A stretch of 58,848 nt of DNA, counting the filler, from Jimgerdemannia flammicorona (lineage: Eukaryota): NCBI GenBank assembly GCA_003990765.1. It is 2 parts of 2 records of this genome, joined end to end, with 100 filler letters (N's around TTAATTAATTAA, not from the genome) between each part and the next. Parts side by side here need not be neighbours in the genome. Positions count along the whole stretch, not along the records: positions 29,488 to 58,848 come from RBNJ01000501.1; 1 more part is not named here. One strand, 5' to 3'. Positions 36,701-49,629 of this stretch are shown piece by piece. Below the pieces are notes generated by a model. The model made no database searches. It saw only the letters and a list, made by a program, of their open reading frames with translations, and had not been told where the DNA came from. The first letter of the stretch is position 1, and every line of letters starts with the position of its first letter. Made by a program: the position numbers and the translations under genes.

Positions 36701-38859
36701 TAAGTAGCAAGTCTCACTGAAAACTGAGCTTAAGCAATACTCATTTCAAAGGTCTAGTCAAGGAAAAAGAAGTTCAAGTACTTATAGCAGGGAACTTCAT
36801 CAACCAGAACCTCATTAAAAATCTTAAGATTCTCACTAAGCCTATATCTAAGAATGATAGTATAGTTACTGCAGATGATATATTGTATCTTATCAAATTA
36901 ATTGCAGCCAAACTACTCATCAAGATCCAGAAATATTGAGAATGAGTAGACTTTGAGGTTATATTACTAAGAGATCATAACTTGATCTTAGAAAAACCCT
37001 GACTCATGAAATACAATCCAAACATTAATTGGTATAAGAATGAAGTTACTCTACTTTAAGGAGAAGTCAACATCACTATCAAGACAGATAAGCCTGTAAA
37101 TAAAATCCAGATTATAACACTATCAGCAATATAGTATAAGAAAGTACTCAAGAAGATAGTATATATCTTTATTATAATAGTCTATTCTAAGAAATAAAAC
37201 AAGAAGCTCTTAATCAATAAAAGTATCAAGTTATTACTTGAAGAATTCAAGGATATCTTTCCAGACAAGCTATCTGATCTACCATCTATACAAGAAGTTG
37301 ATTATGAAATCAAACTGACCCCAGGAGCTATACTACCCAAGAAATACATATACTGTATATTATCTCTTAAAATTGAGGTAGTTAAGAACTAGAAGAACTA
37401 CTTATATAAAGAGCTATTCAATCAAGTAAATCTCCTTAAAGCTCACCAGTTTTATTTGTTAAGAAGAAAGATGGTACTTTGTAGATATATATATATAGAC
37501 TATTATATACTCAACAAGCTTACAGTTAAGAACCAATATCTGCTACTCTTGATTGGTCAAATTTTTAATACTTTCAAGAATGCCAAGTACTTCACCAAGT
37601 TGGATCTTATATTGAGTTACCACCAAATCCAAATTAAGTTAGAAGATATTCCCAAGACTGTATTCATAACTCTCTTTGGACCTTATGAATTTTTAGTCAG
37701 TATTTGGTCTCATCAATATACCTATCATATTTCAGACTCTCATGAACAAGATATTCAAGAACTAACTTTCATCTTCTTATTGATACATATATCTTGAAGA
37801 TATCCTGATCTTTAGTACAACTAAAGAAGGATACCTCAAGCATATCTAAATAGTACTAGAAATCTTATGAAAATACAAGCTTTATATAAAGCTCAAGAAG
37901 TATGAATTATTCAAAAACAAGTTGAATATCTTGGCCACATTATTCTACATAAGAAATTTAAGTAGATCTATACAAGATAGAGATAATTCAAGAATAGTCT
38001 ATTCTATTAAATCTCACAGAACTCTAATCCTTTCTTGGTCTAGCTGGCTACTACCATTACTTTATCAGAAACTTCTCTAGTATTGCTGAGCTACTGACTA
38101 ATCTCATGAGGAAGATACCTCACTCTGATCACTATATCCCCTATATCTGAGACCTTTTCTATCAATAAGCCTTTCAAGAACTCAAGAACTATCTGACTTA
38201 TACTTCAGTCCTATGTAATATAGATCTAAGTTTAAAATTTACTATTACTACTGATATATCAAATTTTACTATTAGAGCAGTCTTGTTACAAGATGATGAC
38301 AACGAACATTATTTTATTACCTTCAAGTTCTATAAGTTAGCTCTAGCTAAATAAAAGCTAGCTATATATATAAAGAAGTTATTAGCAATAATACATATAT
38401 TAGACCACTGATAATGCTATCTAGAAAATATTGAGTTTGATATCATTACTGACTATCAATCTCTCAAATATATCAATACCCATTCTACTCTATCATATCT
38501 ATAAGCTAAGTAGAGTCTAAAGCTTCAAACTTTCAATCTGATGATCATCTACAAGCTTGGTAAGATACTTATAGTACCAGATATCTTATTCAGATATTCA
38601 GATCTTACTACAATTATAGAAGTTACCTTGGTACCCAAATTTGTAGACCAAATTAAGCAAGCTTATCAAGAAGATACTATCACTACTAGAGTTTTCTCAA
38701 ATAAGCTCAAGAATACATATATATTGAAGATAACCTGATCTACCATCAAGATCAAGTCTACCTATCTGACAATATGAATCTACACTATAAGATTCTGCAA
38801 GAACACTATGACTCTCCTCTTACTAAACACCTTAGAATTGTGAAAACTATTAAGAATAT

Positions 38860-40251
38860 TGTAACATGTCTGGCTCAATGGAGGCAAATTACAAGGTTGG
38901 GGGTTGATGTAGTTTGGCTTGAGCCCTCAGTTACTTTGCCAAAAGTAACAAAATGTTCTAAGATTCCTGAGGTTCTTAGTGTTTAGTGATATAATAGTTA
39001 AGCTGGATATCTGTGAGTGGTTTCCTTATTGGGATGGTTCTCTAGATATAGTGGCGATTTGTATCTTTCCTTCTTGGGTCAACTGGGAATGGCAGAATTT
39101 ATATATAGTATAAGCGGTTTCCTTCTTGAGTAGTGGGTGATTTCTGTATAGTATGATAATCTCTATGCATGATGGTCTGGCAATTTAGCAGTTCTCCTTA
39201 TATGATATCTGTATGATGATTTCTGTGTAGCATGACGATCTCTGAGTGTGACGGTCTGGCAATTTAGCAGTTCTCCTTATGTGATTTCTGTATAACGATC
39301 TTGTGTAGTGTGATGAGTTTTCAAAAGTATATAATTTCTGATAGATGGCTTGATTTGGCATGACTTCCCTGAAATAGTAGCTTTACTGGGAATTATACTA
39401 GCAGTGGATTCTTCTGAGTTGGTGACTTCAACTGGGAATACTACTGGTGTAGATTCTTCCAAAACAGGCTCACTGGGAACAAATGAACAACTTGGCAGTA
39501 GATAACTTAGATAACTCAGGTAACTCAGATAACTTGGATGACATGGATTCTCCTGAATCAGTGGACTTCTTGAAAATGGTGGCTTCAACTGGAAATTAAC
39601 TAGGATTCTTGGCAAGTTATGTCAAAGACTAGCTTCATTTGCACAGAGTTATGTCATAGACTGGCTCTACTGCAAAGTTGTATCAGAAAGACTGGCTTGT
39701 GGCAAGTTTCTTATAGCAGGCTCTCTGGGAATGCAGATAACTTGGAAATAGTGGCTTATTCCTTAAGCAGCGGATTATTTGAAAGGCAGTAAAGTTCTTC
39801 ACTCAAACTTGGCAGAAAAATCCGAATCTCCTAGCAGTGGCTGTAGAGTTCCTCTCAAAGTGTGGTAGGCAGACTTGTCTTTTGCTTCAATTTTAGACTC
39901 TTCTTTGTATTAGAAAGCGAACCGGAGTTGAAATGTGTTCTGAATTTCAGACTGAGGTTTATTCACTCTTGTCTCTGAGGTATTTTATATATTGTGGTTG
40001 CTATCTGGTTGCTATGTGGCTAACTATAGATTTGCTATCTATAGCAAGTTGTGCAGATCCAGCACAAGTGTAGAGATCTGGCACAGGTATACAGGTCCTG
40101 CACAGATATACCTTATCTGGTAGTCTGGCTATTTATATAGTTTCCACAGCAATGGTTGCTGGTTACTATGCTGTGTATTCATGCCATCTGGCTAATTGTT
40201 CACATCATCTGGCTAAGGTATAATTCAGGTGTTTTGTCCTGATTTGTCACA
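38860..40251 (-). repeat. 3' LTR of B (1392 bp), with internal 9-bp (taactcaga) and ~79-bp tandem repeats
   Basis: Direct repeat of 48238-49629. Confidence 0.96.
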
Positions 40252-40291
40252 TCAGCCCCCACTAAAGGATGGTTTGTCCTCAGACTATCCT

Positions 40292-40807
40292 TTAGTCATC
40301 ATTCCAGTGTGGGTAAGCATCTTCTGCATTGATACCTGTTCCATCATCTTCATCATCTGTACTATGGTCACTACATTCAAAGAGTTCTTCTTCTTCTTCA
40401 GGGAATAAGATTTCAACAGCATTGACAATACTCAGATAGGTGGCTAGGTTTATTTCTCATGTATTATACTAGGAGAATTGTACTTGCATCAGAGCTGCAG
40501 AGTTTTACTTGTAGAGGGTGTAGAGCCTATTAGCAGCAGTAACATCTCTTCTTAATAGTCTTGTGGTATTTCTGATATATGTTTGTTTGGGGACTGAGAG
40601 GTTCTGCAGTTGTTCCCCAATTGCATAGTGGGCCTGAAGTTGATGGACCTGTAGCAATTGTCTGGCCAAAACGAGATTCTCTTGATGAATCTGGATCTTC
40701 TAGAGAGTATTCCCATTGACTTCTTAGAATTGGGGTAGGGGAACTGGCAATGATTGAAATGAGCTGAGGATAAGAGTCTTAAGGCAGTTGTCAACTCTTT
40801 GATTCAT
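40292..40807 (-). pseudogene. B accessory ORF3 between integrase and PPT
   Basis: ATG at 40807 in a separate frame overlapping the integrase end. Reads MNQRVD...QAHYAIGEQL...RRDVTAANRLYTLYK*NSAAL..., with an acidic tail EEEEELFECSDHSTDDEDD. Confidence 0.65.
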
Positions 40808-43689
40808 GATATAGGGAAAGGTATATCTTGAGGTGATTGATGTGTACTGGTGTTCTGAGGGTTTATCTATCCATGCTTCTTAAATAGATGCTGGTCCCTC
40901 TGATGTTGTATACAGGATAAGATTCTTCCCATTTGGGTTCCAGTTTGGCAGCAAAATTTGTTTCAATCATGCTTCTCCAAACTAGTACTTGATCTCCAAT
41001 CTTGATCTCCTGATCCTTCTATTTTTGGTTATAGTACTTCTTTTGTCTTTCTTGGGCTTTGATAATCTGTCCTTGGGCTTGATTATGTAACTGTTCTGCC
41101 TTTTTGAAGAGGTCTCCAAGATTCTCATAGTCAGCAGTTCTGGTTCTCTTGGCAAACATCATTTCAAATGGCTTTTGTTTAGTGGAGGCAGCAGGGGTGT
41201 TCTGAATTTCCCATAGGATCTCAGGTAAGCAGAGGTCCCAATTGATAGGATTGACTTAGGCAAGTCCTTTCTTGATGGTCTGGTTCATCCTTTCTGTCAT
41301 GCCATTGGTCTGGGGGTAGTATGATGTGGTCCATTTGAGATGGATCTTGTGAATTTAGACATAACTTGTGATTATGTTATTGATGAATTCTGTGCCTCAG
41401 TCAGAGATGAGTTCTTCAGGGGGTCCATATCTGAGTGTGAGACCATGGAGGAGACCTACAATAGTTAAGGCATCTGCAATTTCCATTGGGAAAGCCTCAG
41501 GCCACTTGGTCAGATGTTCTACAAATACAAGAATGTATTTGTTTCTTCTTGGTGTAACTGATAGAGGTCCAATTACATCTATTCCCCATCTTTGAAAGAT
41601 GTGAGCAGGTGGGGGAATTGGTTGCAGAGGGGCTTAATAGTTCTTCCTTCCTTGGTACTTCTGGCAGACATCACATTTCTGAATGATATCTTGGACTTGG
41701 GTTCTGAGGTGGGGCCAATGTTGATATTGTTTTTGAATCTTATCTTCTGTGCTTGTCTGTCCTTAGTGGGCTTTCTGATGTTCTTGTCAGATGAGATCTT
41801 CTCATTCCTTGATGGTCTGAGGAGCTTTCTTTAGGGTGTGGTTCCTGGGGACACCCTTCTTCTAGTTTATTGGAGCTGATAGAAAAGTACATCAACATTG
41901 TTGTGGGCTTTCCCTGCTTTGTGAATAATTGTGATTTTGTAATCCTGAAGGATAAGGATCCAGTGGGCTAGGATTCTGGCAGGTTCTTTATAGTTGAATA
42001 ACCATTTGAGGGCTATATAGTCTGTAATCAGGGTGAACCTTTTTCCAATGAGGTAATGCTTGAACAGGGTGACTGCCCATATAACTGCAAGACATTCCAG
42101 TTTGGTACTATCATAGTTCATCTGCTGCTGATTGGTAGCTCTGCTTGCATAAGCTATTACATGGTGCTGTTGGTCAGATCCTTCTTGGGCTAGAACTGCT
42201 CCTAGGCCTTCTTTGGAAGCATCTGTCTACAAGATGAATGGCTTCTGTAGATTGGGGCATATAAGGATTGGTGCTGTAGTTATGCAGTTCTTGAGTTCTC
42301 TGAAGGCTTTTTCCTGTGATTCTGTCCATTTAAATGGCATTCCTTTTTTGAGAAGGATTCAGATTGGGGCAGTGATTTGAGCAAAATCCTTGATAAACCT
42401 TCTGTAGTAGGATACTAGTATCAGAAATGATAGTGTTTTCTTTGGAGTCTTGGGTACTGGCCAATTGTTGATCTTCTTGGTTTTCTTTGGGTCTGCATGT
42501 GTTCCTTCTTTTGAAACTATGAATCTAAGGAATTCAAGTTTCTGTTTCCCAAAGTAGCATTTCTTTGCATTCAGTCTCAAGTGGTTTTTGCAGGTGAGCT
42601 TGAAGAATTCCTCTAGGTAGTACAGGTGTTCTTCAAAATTTGCTGAATGGAAGTTGGAATCATCTATATATACAATCAGACAGTGGTGGATCAAGGGGGC
42701 ATAGACTGAATTCATCATCCTCTGAAAGGTGGGGGGTGCATTGTAGAGTCCAAAGGGCATTTAGAGATATTTAAACAGTTTTCCTAAAGCAAGAAAGGCT
42801 GTCTTTTGAATGTCCTTGGGGTCTATGGGGATCTCATAGAATCCTGTGAAGAGGTCCATACTGCTGAAGTATCTGGCATCTTGTAACTGATCCAAAAGGT
42901 CGTCAATTCTGGGCAAAGGATAGGCATCCTTCTCAGTGACTAAATTGAGTTTCCTGTAATCCACACAGAGTCTCCATCCTCCTTTCTTTGGTATAATAAG
43001 TATAGGGCTGGCCCAGGGGCTAGTGGAGGGTCAGATGACTCTATTGTCTAAGAGTTCTTGAATGTGCTCTTTTTCGAATGTTTTCAAGTAATGGGGTATT
43101 CTATAGGGCTTCTGCCAGATGGGTGTTGCACTTCCTATATTTATGCTATAGTGGTATGATGGGTTGTATGGTAGGTTGCCATAATCAGTGATGAAGATAT
43201 CTTGATATTTATTGAGAAGTTCTACTAGTTGTTGCTGTTGTTGAGGTGTCAATTCTTCTCCAATGTTGGTGGAAGGCTTCACTGTCTCCTGGGTCGCAGA
43301 GGGGCCTTTCCTTTCTTCTGAGACCTTTTGCCATTTCCTAATAGATTTAGTTCATAAACTTCCCCTTGAGTTCGGTTGAGAAAGGGTACCAGATATCCTA
43401 TGATGGTTCCTTTCAGTAAGATGATGGTCTTCCAACTTTGGTTGGTTGCTCGGGAGTGTACTGGGTTCATTTTGTCAGGGAATGTATGTCCCTCTATGTC
43501 CAGGTATGGGATATCTTCCTTGGGTTCAAAGCAAAGGTTTCTGGGGTCGGGTAGTATAAAGATTTCGAAGGTTGTTTGTTCTCTGGGCTCCAGGATGAGA
43601 TTCTTGTACAGTCTGACTGGTTGTTGGTACACTTGCTGGTGAATATTCCTCTTGAGGTGGTTGACTTAAAGGAGATGTACCTCCTTTCT

Positions 43690-44085
43690 ATCTGAACTTC
43701 CAAATCCCTTAGCTTGTCTTGTTCCTTCAGTTAGTTCAGAGACTTCCTGTAACTGTGGGGTTTTGACTTTCATGAAGACTGTCTGGGCAATCTTCTGTCC
43801 TCTAATGATTCGGTGCTATTCTGCACTGCTGTTGTATAGGATGACCTTAATTTCGCCTATATATCCTGGGTCAATGGTCCCTCCTTCTACAGTTATCTCT
43901 TGTCTAGCAAGTCCAGACCTTGAGGTCAGTTGAATATAAGCTCCTTGGGGTAGCTGCATGGCTAATCCAGTTCTGACCATGAAGGTTTTTCCAGGCTTGA
44001 TAGATTCATCCTCCAGGCTGTGAAGATCATATCCTATATCCTCTGGGTGGACTTTGGTCAGGGGTTTGGCCTTTGGGTGCAGTAG
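43690..44085 (-). pseudogene. dut: dUTPase domain of B, between protease and RT
   Basis: DIGYDLHS, TSRSGLA, GGTIDPGYIGEI, GQKIAQ, RQAKGFGSSD. Confidence 0.93.
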
Positions 44086-44975
44086 GGCATACTGGGTAAT
44101 ATCCTTGCTGAGTTCAGACTTTCCAAAGACTGAAGCTCCACTAGTGGAAAGCCTCTAGGTTCTAATATTGAGGTGTGGCCATCTGGCTCCAGTAGAGGGG
44201 TCTCAGAGATAGTTAATTCCCCTCCTTCCTGTAGAGTCAAGGGCTTCCATGAAGTTGGTGGCATCTTCTGCCCATTCTTGGCAGGTTGTATGTCTGATGA
44301 GAGCTAGGATGTCTTCTCCCAAATCATAGATCTTGAGGATTCCTTTTCTGGGATTCTTGATCTGGCTTTTTTGAATCTGGCTTTGGTTATCTCCTTTCTT
44401 CAAAGTGTGCACTGCAACATCATGACTGAGGTGAATCTTCTGAAGTCTGCCATCTTGACAGTCAGGGTGTTTCCCATGGTTGCAATATCCCATTGCCCGA
44501 AAATGGTATTCCTGGCTATTTATCTCTTATTGTCTTGGGAATCGGTACCCATCTTAATCATAGGTTGGGGGAAGGGTAGACAAGGGGTGTATTTCTGTTT
44601 GGGTGAAGAAGCCTTATCTCCTAAATTGACTTTGTAATCTTGTGGTGACTTCTTGAAAGGTGGTGGACTGTACAAGAGTAGTTGGGGGTTCTGGTCTCTG
44701 GGGTCTCTGTCTTTCTTATTGGTCCAACAGATGACACTGATAGCAGTAGTCTTGGGGAGAGTGGAAGACCATTTGGTGTAGACATCTTCCTAGCTGAAAA
44801 GCCTTTTCTTAGTAAGTTTCTTTCTTGGGAATAATGGGGATTGTACTAGGTCCTTCTTCTGTATTCCAAGGGTCATTGTCTTCAGGTGGTGTCCAGCGAG
44901 GGTCATCTCAGGGAATGAGTTTGGGGACCTCTTCTTCATCAAGTGCTTCTTGTTCAGGAACTTCTTGGTCAGAAG

Positions 44976-45346
44976 TAGTGCTCCCAACAAATTGAATCAA
45001 ATCAAATTTGGCCCAAACTCAATTCGATTTGATTGAATCAAGGGTCCAATTTGATTCGTTTCGAATCGAATCAAAGGTCCAATTCGATTCGAAGTTCGAT
45101 TCAAACCTTAATTTTCAAAATATAATAACTCGACGAAAACTCATCCAAATTTAACATCATTTAGCTTGTTAGATTCACCGTATTAATGTGATTCTAACAG
45201 ACTAAAGTACGTTAGATTTGGATGAATTTATGCTGAGTTATTGCATTTTGAAAATTAGGGTTCGAATCAGACCCTCAATTCGATTTGACTTGTTTAACCC
45301 TCAATTTGATACAATTCAAATTGATTCAACTTGTTTGGGAGCACTA
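44976..45346. mobile_element. Non-autonomous hAT-type MITE (371 bp) inserted in B pol
   Basis: TIRs TAGTGCTCCC-AACAA.TTGAATCAA / TTGATTCAACTTGTTTGGGAGCACTA. Perfect 8-bp TSD GTCAGAAG (44968-44975 and 45347-45354). Subterminal TTCGA-like repeats and a long internal inverted repeat. Confidence 0.93.
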
Positions 45347-47961
45347 GTCAGAAGTTTCTTCTTCCTCAGATGATTCTTGATCCCAAATGGCTTGTACTTC
45401 TGCAGCTTCAGTTGCAGGCATTTCTGGAACATATCTGCATTTCTTCTTCTTCCTTCTGCACTCTAGGCAGGCTGTGCCAGGCAATTTCCTTATTTCCATG
45501 ATCTTAGAGGAGTGCTCAGGACACTTGTGTCTCTTGAGGCAGGTAGGGCATCCTTTGGCTTCTCCTGCAATGGCTCCAATGGTGATGGGGATGGTGTTCT
45601 TGGTCCACACATTGTCTTCTAGTCTGTCATCTACCAGGTTAATTCAGGGATTGAGTCTGGGATCATTTCCATCTTCAGATTCTTTCTCTTCTTCTGCAGT
45701 GGATTCCTCACTACTGGCATATTCTTCCTGAATAGTGACCTTCTTCTTCTTTTTTGATTGCTCATAGCTAGTCACCTTAACCCTATACTTCTTACCTCAA
45801 TAATCAAACTTGAGCACTTATTGGCTGATATCAACAACTGCATTCATTTCCTTCATCCAGTTGGTACTGAGAATCATGTCATAGGTGACAGCTTCAGTGA
45901 CAACAGCTTTGGGGATGGAGAACTGAATGTGTCCAAGAGAGATAGTGATATTTCATTCTTCTCCAAGGGGTTGAGTTCGGGCTCCATCTGCTACTATGAT
46001 GCTGAGGTTGGATAGTCCATCAATGGGCCATTGGAGGGTGTCCAAGAATTGTTTGGCAATGACACAGACAGCTGCTCCTATGTCTATGAGGATTTTCACT
46101 TTTTGTCCTCCAATATCTCTATGTAAGTAGATGCTGACATGTCTTTCAGCTGCTTGGACAGAGATGGAAGCTGGCTCTTACTGTGGGATTGGAACTCAGC
46201 CAGTGCTAGACTTGGTAGTTCTTAACAATTTGTTTCAGACTCCAGCTGGTGTCAGTTATAAGAACTGCAAGAGAGGGACTTCCATCTTGGCTTCTTGAAT
46301 CTTCTGCCAGGCTTCATTGTAAATATCTCTAGGCATGGTCTTCAGAGTGTACTTCTTCTTAGGTTTTGGAGCAGTGGGTTCCTATTCTTCTTGTTCCATT
46401 TCTTCATCTTCTGGTGGCAACTCATTTGTTTCAAGGACAAAAGGTGAAGGGGTTTGGAGATATATTTCTACTTGTTCTTCCTCATGTTCTTCATCCTCTT
46501 CTTGGATAATTCTTCTGCTAATGTTCCTGGATGGTCTTCCTATAGGTCTTTTTCTTTTTTTTGCTGGATAGACTGTTTTCTGGGTTGTAACCTTAGTGGG
46601 ATATAAGTCTAGGTTACTATAGTCTTCACTGTTGCTTGCTTCCTCAAAATCTTTAACAGGATGGACTTCAGTCTTTTTGTACTAAGTGTCATTCCTTCGG
46701 TTTGGTAGTTCTGAGTCCCTTCAGTCACTTCTTTTGTTGTCACATTCAGTGGCATAGTGTCCAAATTGTCTACAGTAGAAGCATTGGACTTGGGTTCTGT
46801 CTCAGACAGGGTACCTTCTTTCTTCTTACTGGTAATTCCTGTTATCTCTTGATGAATAACCTTGGCTCCTCTATGGTGGGTACCCTCTATTGTCTTGATA
46901 GCTCTAATTTTTACATATAGTGAGTTTTTCAATCTGTCCAACCAATCGGTCCAGCTTGGAGCTGAGGTCTTGGATTTCACTTCTATCCTTCTTTCCTTCC
47001 TTGGCTGGCCTTCTTTCTTCAGATCTTTCTTGTCCTTGAAGGAGTCCTTGTAGGGCTTTGACCAGAATGTCTTCTTTATCTTCTTTCCTATCATGATCAC
47101 TCTAAGTAGTTCCTTGTCTGACATCAAAGAATTCTTGGGCTGCATCTACTTGCTCTTCAGACCTTCTGATGCCTAGGGTGCAGACATGCTGGGCAATGTT
47201 TGGGGAAATTCCATTCATGAAGGTCATTGGACCGATGATGTCCTGATTGGTGGCATTGAACCTGGCAGCATGCATTCTCTTCTGGATTCTTGTGAAGAAG
47301 GCTCTGGGTGATTCTCCAAGATTCATCTTCATCCCCATGATGGATTCTTGAGTCTTGTGGTAGGTTTCATTTCCCGTATACTTTTCAATGAGCCAGTGAA
47401 CCATGGCCTCATATTCTAGCTCATCAGACATTGCTGCTTGTATCTGTCTTGCTAGTTCTGAATCTCAGTTGTTTGCTGTTTAATGGAAAATTCCTCTGAC
47501 TGGTTCTCTGAGCTGAGCTTTGTAGATGGCAATTTTTCTTTCATCTGAGAGATTCCTCAAGGCTGCAATTCCTTCAATTCCATCAAGGAATTCTCTGGGG
47601 TCTTCCTCTAAGTATCCTGCAAAGATTGGCAATGAGGTGGCCATTTCATCATCACTTTCTTCTGATTCCGGTTCAAGTTCAGATTCTGATTCTGATTCAC
47701 TTTCTGAGCTATCACTAGAGATGGGGGTACTTGGGTATCTTGAAGATGGTGTTCTGGTCCTTGGATGGAGTGGAATAGGCCTAGGTATTCTTGTAGGAGC
47801 TACTTCTGGTTCTGCAAGGGGTTGTGGTAGGGGTTCTATTGGTGAGATTAGTGGGACTGGTGTGGGGTGTCTGGCTATAAAGTATTGAGTCCATGTGATG
47901 AGGTCTTCTAGTTCTTGTGCGAGTTCTCCAAAATCTCTAGCAGGGCTGCCTGTATTGTCTG

Positions 47962-48011
47962 ATTGATCTGGTTGATCTGGTTGGTCTGGTTGATCTGGTT
48001 GGTCTGGTTGG
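47962..48011 (-). repeat. 9-bp tandem repeat reading (PDQ)n in the B leader / gag N-terminal region
   Basis: (tgatctggt / tggtctggt) x5. Confidence 0.8.
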
Positions 48012-48219
48012 GGATTTCAGGCTATACTGCCTCCTGCTTCTGGTTGGGATCCTTCTGATACTGGGTAGTTGGCAAGTCTTGAGGTGATTACTTCTCTTCC
48101 TGTCCAAATGCTGGTGATAACTGGTTCTTCTGTAGTAGCAGAGATTGGTGTAGTGTCAAATGTATCCAGTTTGACTGTGGGTTCTTGTGAGCTGAAAAGT
48201 CATATCGATTTGAAATCTT

Positions 48220-48235
48220 CCCAGTTGAGTCCCCA
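48220..48235 (-). promoter_or_regulatory. Primer-binding site of B, tRNA-Pro-like
   Basis: TGGGGACTCAACTGGG starts 2 nt inside the LTR and resembles the tRNA-Pro PBS TGGGGGCTCGTCCGGG. Confidence 0.75.
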
Positions 48236-48237
48236 AA

Positions 48238-49629
48238 TGTAACATGCCTGGCTCAATGGAGGCAAATTACAAGATTGGGGGTTGATGTAGTTTGGCTTGA
48301 GCCTCCAGTTACTTTGTCAAAAGCAATAAAATGTTCTAAGATTCCTGAGGTCCTTGGTGTTTAGTGGTATAATAGTCAAGCTGGATATCTGTGAGTGGTT
48401 TCCTTATTGGGATGGTTCTCTAAGTATAGTGGCAATTTGTATCTTTCCTTCTTGGGTCAACTGGGAATGGCAGAATTTATGTATAGCATGAGCAGTTTCT
48501 TTCTTGAGTAGCAGGTGATTTATGTGTAACATGATAATCTCTGTGCATAATGGTCTGGTAATTTAGCGGTTCTCCTTATATGATATCTGCATGATGATTT
48601 CTATATAGCACAATGATCTCTAAGTGTGATGGTCTGGCAATTTAGTAGTTCTCCTTATGTGATTTCTGTGTGATGATCTTGTGTAGCATGATGAGTTTCC
48701 AAAAGTATATAATTTCTGGCAGATGGCTTGATTTGGCATAGCTTCTCTGAAATAGTGGCTTTACTGGGAATTATACTGATGGTGGATTCTTCTGGGTTGG
48801 CGGCTTCAACTGGGAATACTACTGGTGTGGATTCTTCTAAAACAGACTCACTGGGAACAGATGAATGACTTGGTGGCAGATAACTCAGATAACTCAAGTA
48901 ACTCAGATAACTCGGATGACATGGATTCTCCTGAATTGGTAGACTTCTTGAAAATGGTGGCTTCAACTGAGAATTAACTAGGATTCTTGGCAAGTTACAT
49001 CAAAGACTGGCTTCATTTGCATGGGGCTATGTCATAGACTGGCTCCACTGTGAAGTTGCATCAGAAAGACTGGCTTGTAGCAAGTTCCTTATAGTGGGCT
49101 CTCTAGGAATGTAGATAACTTGGAAATGGTGGCTTATTCCTTAAGCAGCGGATTACTTGAAAGGCGGCGAAGTTCTTCACTCGAACTTGGCAGCAAAATC
49201 AGAATCTCCTAGCAGTGGCTGTAGAGTTTCTCTCAAAGTGTAGTAGGCAGACTTGTCTTTTACTTTAATTTTGAACTCTTCTTTGTATTAGAAAGTGAAC
49301 TAGAGTTGAAATGTGTTCTGAATTTCAGACTGAGGTTTATTCACTCTTGTCTCTGAGGTATTTTATATATTATGGTTGCTATCTGATTGCTATGTGGCTA
49401 ACTATAGATTTGCTATCTATGGCAAGTTGTGCAGGTCCAGCACAAGTGTGTAGATCCAGTACAGGTGTACAGGTCCTGCACAGATATACCTTATCTGGTA
49501 GTCTGGCTATTTATACAGTTTCCACAGCAATGGTTACTGGTTACTATGCTGTGTGTTCATGTCATCTGGCTAATTGTTCATGTCATCTGGCTAAGGTATA
49601 ATTCAGGTGTTTCATCCTGGTTTGTCACA
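48238..49629 (-). repeat. 5' LTR of B (1392 bp)
   Basis: Direct repeat of 38860-40251. Confidence 0.96.

Larger units (their letters stand above)
40790..47645 (-). pseudogene. B gag-pol
   Basis: Gag LPIFAGYLEEDPREFL and knuckle CFYCRQFGHYATEC (about 46741-46783). PR ILIDIGAA (about 46070-46095). RT DYRKLN, AYPLPRIDD, MPFGL, YIDD. RH TDAS, KLECLAV. IN WGIDVIGP, ISD*GTEF, YYPQTNG. Confidence 0.93.
38860..49629 (-). mobile_element. Structurally complete Ty3/Gypsy element B (10.8 kb; dUTPase, ORF3, extended PR-dUTPase linker), inserted in the integrase of C
   Basis: Two 1392-bp LTRs (TGTAACA...TGTCACA), TSD ATAT (38856-38859 and 49630-49633), PPT AGTGGGGG near 40256-40263, and a PBS. Confidence 0.96.

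Noticed and set aside
39277..39615. 112-aa ORF present twice (also 48655-48993)
   Set aside because: It is duplicated only because it lies in the LTRs. It starts with TTG and SYLSYL reflects a 9-bp DNA repeat, so there is no evidence of coding function.
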